Below are positions 34,371 to 47,590 of a DNA stretch of 64,000 nt, one piece after another. The position numbers and the translations under genes are program-made. The first letter of the stretch is position 1. Every line of letters starts with the position of its first letter. The DNA comes from Convolutriloba macropyga (lineage: Eukaryota): positions 43,152,001 to 43,216,000 of the forward strand of contig NC_134474.1 of the NCBI RefSeq assembly GCF_964194025.1. Direction: 5' to 3'. Below the pieces are notes generated by a model that was not told the DNA's origin, searched no databases, and worked only from the letters and a program-made list of their open reading frames with translations.

Positions 34371-37300
34371 ACGAGGCTCCGTACAAAAATAAGAAGACAA
34401 ACATTTTTAATAACTGGTACATTTACGTCGTCGGAGACAGTAATAAACATAACGGCTCCGAATCATAGTTTCCAGTTGACACAGGAGCAACGTGTTTTTT
34501 AAAAAATTTTGATTTTTTTTACAAGAACTCAAAATCACTGATTGATGTTAAACTAATTGAATCTAAACCAAAAACAATTGCAGTTAACGGTGAACGATTA
34601 AAATTGTTAGGCTACATTCATGTTTCCGTCTCATTTGACATTGAAAGCAAAATTTACACAGATCTTAAATCATGGGTTTCATTGAAAAACGGTTGCGAAT
34701 TAAACATCCTTGGAATGGACTTTTGAATTTTGCAACAAAATCAATTGAATTCACAACGCCAAAAATGAACTTGAATTTTTATCCAAACGTTTCAATCACG
34801 CTTTCAAAATACCAAATGAAAAGTTATCCCTTTGTAAATAAATTTGAAAAAGTTGTGCTTAATAAATCTTTCGAGCTAACACCGAAATCTACTAGAGTTC
34901 TAACAATTACACCATCAAACCAATTTATCAAACAATGAATAACATTCATAATTGACAATCGCCTTCGAGACAAAGGTAAATACACATACAATGTCTGTTG
35001 CGTAAGGAAAGAAAAGTAATTACCAAAAATGCTTAACAAACCTGGTGATCGTAAAGTAACAAAAGAAAAATATTCAATAGGGTACACTTTGGAGATTTAT
35101 CAAAAATCACAAAAATACACACTGATTGATAAGGTTGCGTTCCTAGATGTCTTAACAGAAACCGAAACAGATTTCAATCACGTCTCTCATGTGACTGAAA
35201 AATGTTGAAAATACAATTCAGATGTTAGAAAATCCGAAATTAGACAAAAGAGATATCAAACAATAGTTGAAAAAAACTCTGGAAAAAATTACAAAAAAAA
35301 AGAATTTGCTGAACATCATGAGTTGGAAACAGACTTCAGTTAGGATCTAAAAGACTTAAAACCAAAAACAACAATATAAGGTGAAACTCGACCTCAACAA
35401 GTACCACTAGAAAAACTGGAACTATTTAGCAAATCAGACCGTGAGTTTCTCAAAGTTTTTGACTGCAGCCAATCAGACATTAACGATGCACAATAACTAG
35501 ATCTAATTAACTTCTTGCCAGAGACATGGACGTCTACTCTCAACATAAGTTTGACGTTGGCAAAATTAAGCAAGAATTTCTTGTAAAGCTTCTACCAAAT
35601 TCAACTTTGACTAAGCAAAGACCATCATGTGTACCATTGCATCACCAAGAAAAATTTGAATTTTTGTTACAACAGCTCTGTAAAGCTTGAACAATTCGAG
35701 AAATAAGAGACGACACCGAAACGGGATCGTCAATTATTAAGCCAGTAATCATCCTTCCTAAAGGAAACATAGTACCTAGTAATCGACGCCAGGTATCTAA
35801 ATTCAATAACCGACCTAAATAAATACTCATGGCCTCTAGAGCCAATAGGTTCTTTACTAACTATTTTGAAAGAAAACTACATCACTACAAATGGCTTATT
35901 CTCTGCATATAATTAAGTACCTCTAACGGACGAAACACAACAATTCACAAGTTTCGTAATAGGTTCAAAGCAATACACGTTTCAACGTGGTTTTTACGGA
36001 TTTTACGGACTACCAAATTTTTTCAGTAGGAAAATGACAATCCATTTTGCACCCTCAAAAAACTAGACAAGCCGTATATTGACGACACAATCATGCGAGC
36101 TCAGACAGCTGAGAAATGTACTCAATAATAAAAAAGTACCATCTTCTGCTACGCAAAGCAGGACTGAAAGCTCAGCCTGAGAAAACAAAATTCGTTTTGC
36201 GCAAAGTACAATTCTTAGGATATGTAGTAGGCAAAGACCGAATTCAACCGGTAAAGAAAAGAGTTGAAGATTTGAAAGCCTTAAAGACACCTGAAAATAA
36301 GCGAGATGTAATGCGAGTCCTACATTGTTTAGGATTCTACAGCAAGTACATTAAAAACCTTAATGTATACAGTAAGCCAGTTTACGATCTCATAAAAACC
36401 GAAACTACATTTGACTAGACAGATTAACAGGAAAGTTGCTCAGATAAATTAAGGATCGTATAAATGAAGATACAGTCTTAGCAATTCCAGACACAAAATA
36501 CCCCTCCCATGTTCATGTAGACGCATCATCAATTGGTGATGGTTCAATCTTAGTATAAGAATTTCCTACCGGAAAACGGACAGTCTCATTTAATTCTAGA
36601 GTTTACACAAAAGATGAGCAAAAAATACCAAAACAGCTAGAGAAGTTTGTGGTGTAATTTCTCCTCCACAAACGTATGATCATTACATAATAGGTTTTCC
36701 ACATCCAGTGTATCTCTACACAGATCACAAACTCCTACTGTATCTTTCGGGACGTAGAGGAAAAATAGCTCATCGTTTTTTCAGCTATCAGCTTGTCATT
36801 TCACAATTTCAAAACTTGACAAAAATCTGGACAGAAGGCAAAAACCTAGCTTTTCCAGACATTCTAAGTAGAAACGTCTCAATAAAAGACTTAGACAAAA
36901 ATCAACTTAAACACAAAAGATTCCCAAAGACATTAAGTTTTACGACGAGTCAGGCAACCAAGAAAAACATTTCGTGTTGCACGACAATTTAAAAGGGAAA
37001 GAAAAACAATTGCTATCCCAATCTGAAACAGACTTTTCTAGAAGTTTGAAAATTGAATTATGAAAAAGTACAATTTTTTCAGACAAACTAAAAACACAGC
37101 GATCGAATTTGTTCAACTTCGGAGATCCCAGAAACCGTCTTAAAAATAAAACGCAATAATTTACTATCGTGACAAATTTTCAGTTTTCACCGATTCTAAG
37201 CGAACAAGACGACAGCGAAAACTACTACTCGGAGTTGTCTTTAGAATTTGATGATAATTTAGACAAAGAGAAAGAGCAATTTCAGAAAGATTCTACAACA

Positions 37301-39427
37301 GAAGAAGACTCTTTGCTTAATTCTGTTGAATTGTCAGATTTTGAAATAAGTGACATGAGTCTCGAGCAAGCGTTGAAGCAAGCAAAGCAAACTTTGATAG
37401 AAAAGGAGGTGTTCACCTACCAAAACAATTTGTGAGAATAACGAAATTTCAGATCGAAAAGAACTCTCTCAGAAATTATCTAATTTTGCTAGAGATATCG
37501 ACTTGAACATAACACCAATCAGCCAGGAACAATTCAAAGACCCAGTCATTTAGAATGTCAGGCAAATTTTCGAATCAGGAGACAAAGATGAGAAAAACTT
37601 AAAGTTTCAACTATCAAAAGCCATGAAAACATACTTGAATAATTTTGAAAACATTTGCCTCATCAGAAACAATTTATATATTAAACAACCAACTGAAGCT
37701 CCAAACATTCAAAACATCAAAATCTGCACCATTATCACCCTTCTTAAAAATTTTTGAATTTGCTCACCAGTATTCAATTTCTGGACATTCTGGAAGAGAT
37801 AAAACATTGTCAAGAATTAAACACTCTTTTGTACTGGCCAGTTATTTGGAAATGGGTTTCTCACCTAAAAGCAAATTGTTTAGACTCTCAATAAAATAAG
37901 CAAAAACGCAAAGTCAACGGAGCACCACTTGAAAAATGGACTGTACTTTTTCCCTTCCACACGTTACATATAAATCACAAAGGTCCAATAAGTCCACCTT
38001 CAAAGGGAAATAAACATTGCTTAGTAGTAATTGTTTCTTTTTCCCGTTACAATTAGGTTTACCCAGTTCCATTAACATCAGCGAGTTAAACAATATCAGC
38101 ACTTTAGAAATTTCTTCTTACTATTGGTATCCAACAAAAACTTGTGTATGATAAAGGAACAGCTTTTATGAACCAAGAGTCCACAAGTTGGATTCATGAA
38201 GTTGGATTTACGCACGCTCATAGAACAGCATAATCTCCCTGGACCAACAAAAAATTGAGATCCAAAACAGGCACCTTGGCGCGCACTTCCAAATATTTTT
38301 TGAGCGAGCTAATCGTAATTGGAACAACTTAGCGCCAAAATTTTGCGTTTGCTCACAACACCACAGCAAACACTACGAAAAGATTAACACCCTATGAGAT
38401 TGTTTTTGTTCATGAGCCTCAAATTCCACTTTATCTAAAATTAGGATTATTAAGGGCTTCCGACTTAACTTGTTACTTAGAATTCTGCAAGGATTTACCA
38501 CTCCACAAACATTCGGAACAAAGTAGCAAGAACGATCAGATAGACAAACTGCTAAAACCAAAATTAAGTAGTTCACTGCTTGCTGGTTAGAATTAATTTA
38601 AACAAATTTACAAAACTGCATAAAGCAGAAGCCTTAAAACAAATGAAAAGCACATCAAAACAGCAACAAACAAAAACTAGGTAAGCCTTTGGACATTGGA
38701 CAGCTCGTTTTAATGGAAAATCATTCAATTGAAGACGGAAAATCCAAAAAGTTACACGAACTGAGAACAGGGCCATACGAAGTTACGAAAAAGTTGACAG
38801 ATGTAAATTACGAAATAGAACTTGTATCAAACAAAAATGTCAAAAAAGTTGCTCATAGAAAACACCTAATTGAGTACTTCCCAATTGAAAGCGCAATTTC
38901 AGAATTAGTAGTTGATTATGGTTTAAGAAATGAAAACTTCCAACCATTCTACCAGAATTTAATGAATAAACAATTTGAAAAACTAAATAGGCCAGTAGCT
39001 AAATTATCTTTTTAACAACCTTTCACTGAAATTGAATTTTTTCAAGTAGACAATTTTACAAGTAATTCAGATTATACACAAAATGAAAATCAACATGAGA
39101 AAACGCTGGAAGATAACAAAACCACAACACAATAACAAAACCGGACTGAAGTTTTCAGAAATGTTCTTCAACTACTTTTTTAGACAACACACAAATACTT
39201 AATAATCGTAGCGTAGTAGAAATAGAAGTTTTACCCCATACCCTGAACGTATTTGTTTTGCAGATCCACCTGACATTAGAGTCAGCCCTGTTAGAACCCA
39301 ACCCCGAATACAGTCACCCGAAGCAAATCCAACTTCTTCGGATGATCAACGTTCATCTCGAATAGATCGTCGATATTCGGGACGATTGAAAAAACTTACT
39401 AAACTCTATCATGCGGGATTTACTTAA
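34370..39427 (+). pseudogene. pol (PR-RT-RNase H-IN) of the decayed Gypsy element, many stops and frameshifts
   Basis: VDTGA near 34476; YIDD near 36075; KVQFLGYVV; VHVDASS; YTDHK; HSGRDKT; VYDKGTAF; TPYEIVF; TGPYEVTKKLTDVNYEI. Confidence 0.92.
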
Positions 39428-39578
39428 ATCTCACTTTTTATCTTTATTTTAAAAGTTCAAATGATCGGAAAATTAAATGCCGAGACCTTTTGTATTACCT
39501 TCCTCCAGACTTACTCTTAGCTTTCTGACACTACGAAAAAAACCAAAAACTCAGTCAATCACTAACAAAAAAGTTATT

Positions 39579-41909
39579 ATGAGAAACAATAACTTCTTTT
39601 CTAAATCTTTAACTAATTTGTTGGTCTTTATTATTGTATCCTTTTGTAGACCCTTAGTTAAGAACGAGTTGGATGACAGTTCCCCTACATTAAAAGTTGT
39701 TCATTAAGACTGTTCAGTACTGAAAAAAAGCAAATTTATTCTTTAAATCAAGTAGCCCAATGCAAAATTAAACCTGAAAATTTTAAAGTTGTACCGGCAA
39801 CGGTTACACTGTATCAAAGATCATGCAAAACAAAGGTTGAGGCAGTAATGTGTCGAGTAAAATTGCAAGCTTTAAGCTGGCACCATGGCTTTTTATCGCA
39901 CTCTTCCTTAGCATATGACCAAGTTTCCCTTACAACTGACGTAATAGTAACGCCAGTGAACTGAAGAATTGTTAACAAAACAGGAAAAAGTTCAATAACA
40001 GAGTACGATGGAACTTATAAGTTAAACAATTTAAGCGAAGTTTTAAAACACCAACATACACACGGTTGTCTGAGCGAGGACGATCACTTAGAAGATAACA
40101 CAGATTGCTCTTCATCAGGAGAAGAAAAACTTTTTTCCTTTGAAACACAAATACAAAGAGTTGAACTTGAAGTTGATCAGGAAACCAAATTAGTTTTTAC
40201 CCCGTTAGGATTGAAAGTTCGATGCCAACTAAAAAAAAGTTGTGAACCAACATCACCAGACCCATTCGCTGACTCTTGGGATGCGCCACAAAATTTCGTT
40301 GTTACAGAACTTTTAACACAAGTAGCAAAAAAGAAAAAATTCACAAAAGGAGCAGATCCACCACAAAACTACATCATAAGCACACAGTACATTCAAAATG
40401 ACATTTATCTTTTGCAAAATAACATGAAAACAGATCACACGCGAGACATAAAACTGAGGAAAAATAAAGAAAGCCATTATATTCGTGGAAAGGCTAGTTC
40501 TTTGTTTATTACAAACTTTTATTTGTTTCTTTTGCCGGAGGATTTGATATGAATACGGGAAAAACCGTAATTTTGCAGAATAATGATAATAATTACAAAA
40601 TGCAGGTCGGCACCGACAAAACAATAAGATTGAACGGTTTTTACGAGACACCTAAAAACGAGCTAGTTGGTAACCAACATTTTGGAAATCATAGACAAAA
40701 TTTTGAAAATGTTGGAAAATGCACTATCGATTAAGATGCTCATAATTGTATTGAAATTAATTTCACGATGTAAAAAGTCTATTTTGATTTAGAACAGTCT
40801 GACTTCCTTATTTTACAAAATACAAGCGAGCTCAGACAAATTCAAATCCAAATGATTAATGCATTGTCTTACAAAAACAATAGGTTGGCCGGATACATTT
40901 TAACCGGAAATCTTTCAATGTTCTTAGAAATTGAAGGTGATATAAAGTAGGTCACCTGTATCCGTGTCCAAAGTAAATTTCGCCGCTTAAAGTACTTGAT
41001 TGCTGTTACGACCAGTTTCCCCTCTTTTATGACAGAAAAACTATGTTTGTTAATCCTATTACGCGCCAAACATTTCCATTTGCTAATGAAATAGATTGTA
41101 CAGATACTTTCAAAAACTTGTTTTAACTTGATTTTGATAACACTAATTCTTGATATCAGTTGATGCCGGCGCTAGTTCCTTTTAAACCGCGCGCTGTTTT
41201 TGCTCCACGACAATTTGGTTATATTAAAAAAAATCCCTGATTGTGTTTCTCGTCTTGCAGGTACATACAAAGTAAACCAGTTGAAAGATTATTGGAGACC
41301 AATTTTGCACAAATCTGCTTCTCATTCAGCTTTGAAAAAGTTTTCTCAAACAGTGCTTCAAAACGCACACATAGACAGTAGTCAACTTGATATCTATCGC
41401 GCGCAGTTCTCAATAATCAGTTATAATTAAATTCAATGTTGGCACCATCTGTTTTCCTTGATCATTTTAAAAAGACTTTTGGACAAATTGGCAATTACGT
41501 AGAAAAAGCCGGAATTTTGTTTGCATATTTCATGTTAATCAAGTTTTAGATCGATGTTGTAATTTTTATTCTAAGAGCTTTTGAGATAGAAAAACTGTCA
41601 AAAAACACTATTGGTTTTTGGAAAACATTACTAGGAGCCTCGTGCAATTTGTTTCTACTTTCTATTGTAGCATCAATTCATCAAGCACCTAAAGTTGATG
41701 AAAACTCTGATAACAATACAAACAATGAACCAAGCAGAAGTCGTTATCTCAAGTATACACCAGATAATAACATTTATCATGACAACAGTCCAACAGAATT
41801 GTCACCACTGACTGCCCCCGAAGAACCATTAGCTCTTGTGCTAGAAATACCACATATTTTCCCTAAAAATCTTACTGATCAAGAAGTAATTGCATTTGCT
41901 CCCCCATAA
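39579..41909 (+). pseudogene. env-like gene: chuvirus-type (class III) fusion glycoprotein, decayed
   Basis: Signal peptide (LTNLLVFIIVSFC); across frameshifts H*DCS...YSLNQVAQC...VTLYQ...VMCRVK...WHHGFLSHSS; ELRQIQ...LAGYILTGN...CYDQFP...TMFVNPITRQTFPFANEIDC; C-terminal hydrophobic AGILF...LIKF.IDVVIFILR...LLGASCNLFLL. Confidence 0.75.
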
Positions 41910-41989
41910 CTCAATCATCCAATTTCTCTTTTTATACCTAACTAGTCTCACCTAATACACTCTTATTAGCCTAAACTAACTGTTTCAGC

Positions 41990-43450
41990 ATTAAGAGCTG
42001 AGACGCAAAACTTTTTTGATCTTTTTTCACGATTTTTATGGAATCATATAATACTCTTTTATACCTGCTTATGAAAACTTAGTGCGTTTAAAAGTTCGCG
42101 CACCTAAACTTTCTGACATAATAGGCATACTAATTTTTACATTTCACGAAAAATTTTATACCCTTAAGGAATTTTTATATGATTGTGAATATGGTCTGGG
42201 CAACTTAGGAAACCACATCCACTTTCTATTATAAAATGATGCATCTCAATCTTCAAAAATCCCATCGGGAACAGCTTATATTTACTTGCTAATTTTTTTC
42301 ATTTTAACTATTTTTGCCTTATTTCTTAAACATTTCAGAGAACCGAACGTATTCATTGTAAATTACAAATACTTTGAGCTCCACCAACACGAAATTAACG
42401 TTTTGGAATGTATTTTTATTAACAAGGCAGTTTAGTAAAATCTTATCAAATCAATCGATCCTTCACAGTTCACTTCCCCTATCAAATAAACCCCATTTTA
42501 AAAGTTCTGTTTGATTTTGTTGCCTCTTGGGACGAAGGTTCTATCACCATATCAGCTTTTTCCACTTATTGTAATTTTTCTGATGCTTTTTGAGCAAAAA
42601 TTGGATCAAATTTACCTTGGTTTTTTCAACTGGTGATGACTAATGTACAGATCAGATCCCTTATCCATAAATTGAATAATATTGTGTATATTATCATTGG
42701 ACTATCCACCACCCACATTTCTTTCATAATTTATATTCGCCAACCCCACAGCATTTTGAATCAATTTTTAAATTTAAAAATTAACCACCACCAAATACTT
42801 GAAACTGCCTTGTTCCGATATTTTTATTCTAACGCCGAACTGACAATTAGGTACCCGTTTACATTATCTTATATCATGTTTTTCTTATTAAATAAAGAAC
42901 TAGTCGAAGTTTGTAGTTTCGAAAAAAAACCTTCAAAATAGAACCTAGCCTTCAAGCTTTCATTTTAGTGCTCCTGAAGAACGTCCAAACCCAAGAGCAA
43001 TCAACCCTTTCAGTATATCCCACTTCTGTTTATTGGAACTATTTTTTTATCTCCTCGAAAGTTAGGCCAAATGTGCCAAAAGTGTCTCCACAGAAAACAA
43101 TAAACTATTTTTAAAATGATATTCCCATTTGAACCAGCATTTAGTCAGAATAACTGACAATAAACGTACTTTCACTGAAGCTGATAACCACACTTCCCAT
43201 TCTCTAGAAATTAACTATATAAATATCGGCACTAAGGAAATATAATTAAAATACTTACTCCTCTATCACTCCACTGGAATTTCTTTTTAAAAACTGAAAA
43301 GTCCCTTAAGTTAAAATTGAGTCAAATAAACCCCCCGGCCAACATCATCAACGAAACTATTTACCCTAACCGTGACTTCTGAAATGGAAAACTATTTCTG
43401 CTTCAAATTAGTTTTCCCCCTACAAAATTCGTCACGCCTCCTATTGTTGA
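41990..43450 (+). pseudogene. Decayed accessory ORF(s) downstream of env, unknown product
   Basis: Same-strand protein-like frames broken by stops (IPAYENLVRLKVRAPKLSDIIG; FDFVASWDEGSITISAFSTYC; QMCQKCLH). Confidence 0.4.
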
Positions 43451-43460
43451 ATACCGTAAT

Positions 43461-43790
43461 GAATGCCCCATTTGTCTAAAGAGTACTTCCTGTTGGAAAA
43501 AATTGCACCCTTCTGAAGGAGACTAACACTCCCACTTAGTTTGCCGCGATTGTAGAAATAAATTTTTCCTCCACTCTCCCCAACCCAATTGCCCCATTTG
43601 CCTCCGCCAAATTTATAAACTATCCCTTAATTTTTTTTTCGATGCTTTTATTATCGCCTGTAACCAAATAAAGAACTCCACTCACCCTCACATAAAATGT
43701 CACCAGAACCTTGGACATTTTGTGTTTGTTGCCTGTGCGAAAGATAAGAATATTTGCCCCACCTGCTTGAAACAGATTAACCCCCACGAC
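43461..43790 (+). pseudogene. Tandem RING-finger coding remnant
   Basis: ECPICLKSTSCWKKLHPSEGD*HSHLVCRDCRNKFFLHSPQPNCPICLRQI, then KCHQNLGHFVFVACAKDKNICPTCLKQI. Confidence 0.75.
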
Positions 43791-44330
43791 GTTTGGTCAG
43801 AGAGTTCTTGAACGATGCAGTCTATTCATATCCCGATTTTTGTTCTTCTCTCTTTTATCATCACCCTTTCTGTTGGCCTCCTCATAGAAGTCCTACTCCT
43901 TCTCCTCCTCTAACGACCCTTCAACACAAACAAGTATATGCTGCAATACAAAAAAAAACCAGCTGCGCGGGCCGTCGCACGGAAGGGAGTCACGAGGTCG
44001 GATAATGGATTTAGTCAGTTAAATCTGAAACAATCTGATCTACAACTCTTACACAAATATTTTTTGGATTAACAGGATATTCCTATTTTAAGAACGGAGA
44101 TTAACTTCCGAATTTCGTTTCCTTCAAATGTTTCTTTTCTTTCTTTCTACCCAGGTGGGAGCTTCGTAAAATTGATTCAGCACGTAATGTGTGATTGCAT
44201 TCTTGTACTCAAAGAGTATGAAATTTTTGGTACGATAAACCGTACGATGGTTTTGGCTTCAAAAGTTTATATTTCATCTTAAATGTTTTTAGATGTTTAT
44301 AATCACATAAGATGACCAAAAGAGAACTAG

Positions 44331-45272
44331 AAGATATCCAGCTGCCCACAGAGCACTATGAACCCGTGAACAACTTGATGACAGACCTTCTCCCATTGAC
44401 AAAGAAATCCTGAGCAATCCATCCTCGCCAACTTGGCAACAACAAGAACGACAATCACAAACAGCGTCATCTACAAAACAACAGCAAACCCACCAACCCG
44501 AACAACAATTGCAGGAAACAATTAAATCACAGCCTTTTCGACCTTTGCCCAAAAACCCATTAGATGGTGGTTTACCGAAACTAAAATTCTTCCCACTGAA
44601 ATATGCTCGCCTGGAAATCCAAAGACTAAGAGAGATGCTTCCACTTGACCAGAACCCGAAGTTTTTAACTTCTCTAGGTTGCTCACTAACAGCTGAATAC
44701 AACCATTTGCGCCTCCCAGAAATGACAGTGATCCAAATCGTCAAAACCAATACCAAAATCCAAGTACCAACAGAATCCCTGACAGTGATTCCGAACATTT
44801 TCCTTGTACCTACCGTAAGGTTTTGGAGACTTACGAATAGAACCGATCAGGATCGGAAATACGAAAAAGAGAAAAAGGTTCTGAACACTCGTGTTGAAAT
44901 ACCATTCGAGCAAATAACAGCATTTCCAAGCAGTGATTCATCACAACCGGAGACTATTTTGAACGATCACCTCATTGTTGAAAATTCCAACTTCCGGCGT
45001 CAGCTTTGAGATTCAGAGTCCAACATTGCCGAAATACAGAGCAAACTCGACCGATTGACAATTTCAAAACAAACTGCCGTCACAAAAAGGAGGACCTGAG
45101 AATGCAATTAGTGATCTCATCACAAACTCTGAAGATCAGAGATCGTCAACAACAAGAGTCTTTACAGAAAGCAAATTAAATAATAGAATCAAATAAGCTT
45201 CTCGGACACCAGCTCAAGGAACTGAAAGATATACAGAAAGTCTTTCCAGCAAAACTTGACAAAGACAATTAA
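44331..45272 (+). pseudogene. Decayed accessory ORF: Q-rich N-terminus and C-terminal coiled coil
   Basis: Includes ORF 44509..45009 and continues through a stop into EDLRMQLVISSQTLKIRDRQQQ...LKELKDIQKV. Confidence 0.5.
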
Positions 45273-45296
45273 ATTTTCATATTTTTATGTTCTTTT

Positions 45297-46154
45297 NNNN
45301 NNNNNNNNNNNNNNNNNNNNNNNNNNNNNNNNNNNNNNNNNNNNNNNNNNNNNNNNNNNNNNNNNNNNNNNNNNNNNNNNNNNNNNNNNNNNNNNNNNNN
45401 NNNNNNNNNNNNNNNNNNNNNNNNNNNNNNNNNNNNNNNNNNNNNNNNNNNNNNNNNNNNNNNNNNNNNNNNNNNNNNNNNNNNNNNNNNNNNNNNNNNN
45501 NNNNNNNNNNNNNNNNNNNNNNNNNNNNNNNNNNNNNNNNNNNNNNNNNNNNNNNNNNNNNNNNNNNNNNNNNNNNNNNNNNNNNNNNNNNNNNNNNNNN
45601 NNNNNNNNNNNNNNNNNNNNNNNNNNNNNNNNNNNNNNNNNNNNNNNNNNNNNNNNNNNNNNNNNNNNNNNNNNNNNNNNNNNNNNNNNNNNNNNNNNNN
45701 NNNNNNNNNNNNNNNNNNNNNNNNNNNNNNNNNNNNNNNNNNNNNNNNNNNNNNNNNNNNNNNNNNNNNNNNNNNNNNNNNNNNNNNNNNNNNNNNNNNN
45801 NNNNNNNNNNNNNNNNNNNNNNNNNNNNNNNNNNNNNNNNNNNNNNNNNNNNNNNNNNNNNNNNNNNNNNNNNNNNNNNNNNNNNNNNNNNNNNNNNNNN
45901 NNNNNNNNNNNNNNNNNNNNNNNNNNNNNNNNNNNNNNNNNNNNNNNNNNNNNNNNNNNNNNNNNNNNNNNNNNNNNNNNNNNNNNNNNNNNNNNNNNNN
46001 NNNNNNNNNNNNNNNNNNNNNNNNNNNNNNNNNNNNNNNNNNNNNNNNNNNNNNNNNNNNNNNNNNNNNNNNNNNNNNNNNNNNNNNNNNNNNNNNNNNN
46101 NNNNNNNNNNNNNNNNNNNNNNNNNNNNNNNNNNNNNNNNNNNNNNNNNNNNNN
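45297..46154. other. Assembly gap
   Basis: Run of N. Confidence 1.
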
Positions 46155-47590
46155 TGCCCAAGTAGTATAGTCGAGACCTTAGGATAGTTTCAGGGTTTTG
46201 AATGAGGGTTGCAGCTACCACAGCTGCACATAATCTTCCAGCTGCATGTACTCAGCTCGTTGTACTGTTCCAGGAAGAAGTTTTTATACAAATAATTTTG
46301 GCATGTTTAGATCCTCCAAAAATCCCAATTTTATCGAGAAGATGTTGACTAACTTGGCAGTTCGATGGAAGAAAATTTCACTACACTTGTTTCTGTTAAT
46401 TTTAGGGATTTCGAGTTCATTTTGTGCATCTTGTCTTGTTCTTTTACTCTCTTTGAGATTCGATTCGTCAGTGGTATTGTAGTCATACCTGTTTCTTAAC
46501 AGATCACGCAAAAAACAAAACATCATGAAGTTCAATGTACGTTGATAAGGGTAGTAGATCATATTTGATTAGTCGTGTTTTATAGTCAACATTTACTCCG
46601 AAGAACCACTTTGTGGCTGTTCTTTGATTTTTTTTTCGTTTTTTAGAGGCAAGTAGTTGTCAAATGAGAGAATAGAGAACTATATACTGGAATAAGGACA
46701 ACGTATTCATTGTAAGCGTTCAACTTAGCTTGCAGCGTGACGTTCTTGGTCACGTTTCTTTTGAGTTGATACAATACTCTCAGGGCCTTGCTGGTTCTTA
46801 AGTCAACGTTGCTCGACCATGTTAAATCACTGCTCACTCACACACCAAGATCTCTCTGCTCTTTTACGATTGGTAACTAAACTCAGAACATATCAGTTTT
46901 CAGGTCCCCTTTGAGCAAAAGCAATGAGCTTTTTTTGCATTCAGTATCAGTGTGTTTTGCCAGCACCAGTTATGTAGTCTGTCTCGATTTTTCTCAAGGT
47001 CGTGTTGGTTTGTAATTACAACCTTAACATCATCTGCAATGCCGTGACACGGATGTGTGACACAATTCGGGAAGTCATTGATAAAAATCAGAAGCAGAAC
47101 TGGTCCCAACACTGAACCTTGCGGTATATCACTAGAAACCACTAGAAACTGCTTTAAGGGATGACCTAAATGTGTTAATCTGTACGAATTTTCGCCTGTT
47201 TGTGAGATAGGAGTGAAGTAGCTTAAAAAAGTTTCCTCCAACACCAAGACGAGCAAGCTTTTCGTGGAGTCTTTCATGACAGACTTTATCGAAGGCCTTA
47301 GAGAAATCAAGATATAGTACTTCCAATTGTTTTTCAGATTCTGAGTCCTTCGGTTTGTAAATTTTAACAAAGAAACTCAAAAGTTGAAGTACTGTAGATT
47401 GATGTTTTCTGAAACCAAATTGACTGGAGTGCAGAGTATCTTTTGCAAAGAGATCGAGTGAATCAAAGATTAGTTTTCAAAAATTTTCGAGATAGAACAC
47501 AGTAGGCTGATGGCACGGTAACATGAGACGTCAGTTTTATCAATATCTTTGAAGAAAGGGGTTACCTTGCTAATCTTCCATTCATCTGGC
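46155..47590 (-). mobile_element. CR1-type LINE, 3' part of ORF2 (RT and C-terminus), decayed
   Basis: YLDFSKAFDKVCH, IPQGSVLGPVL, IADD, SSDLTWSSNV, FFHRTAKLVN, terminal TCSWKIMCSCGSC. Confidence 0.9.
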
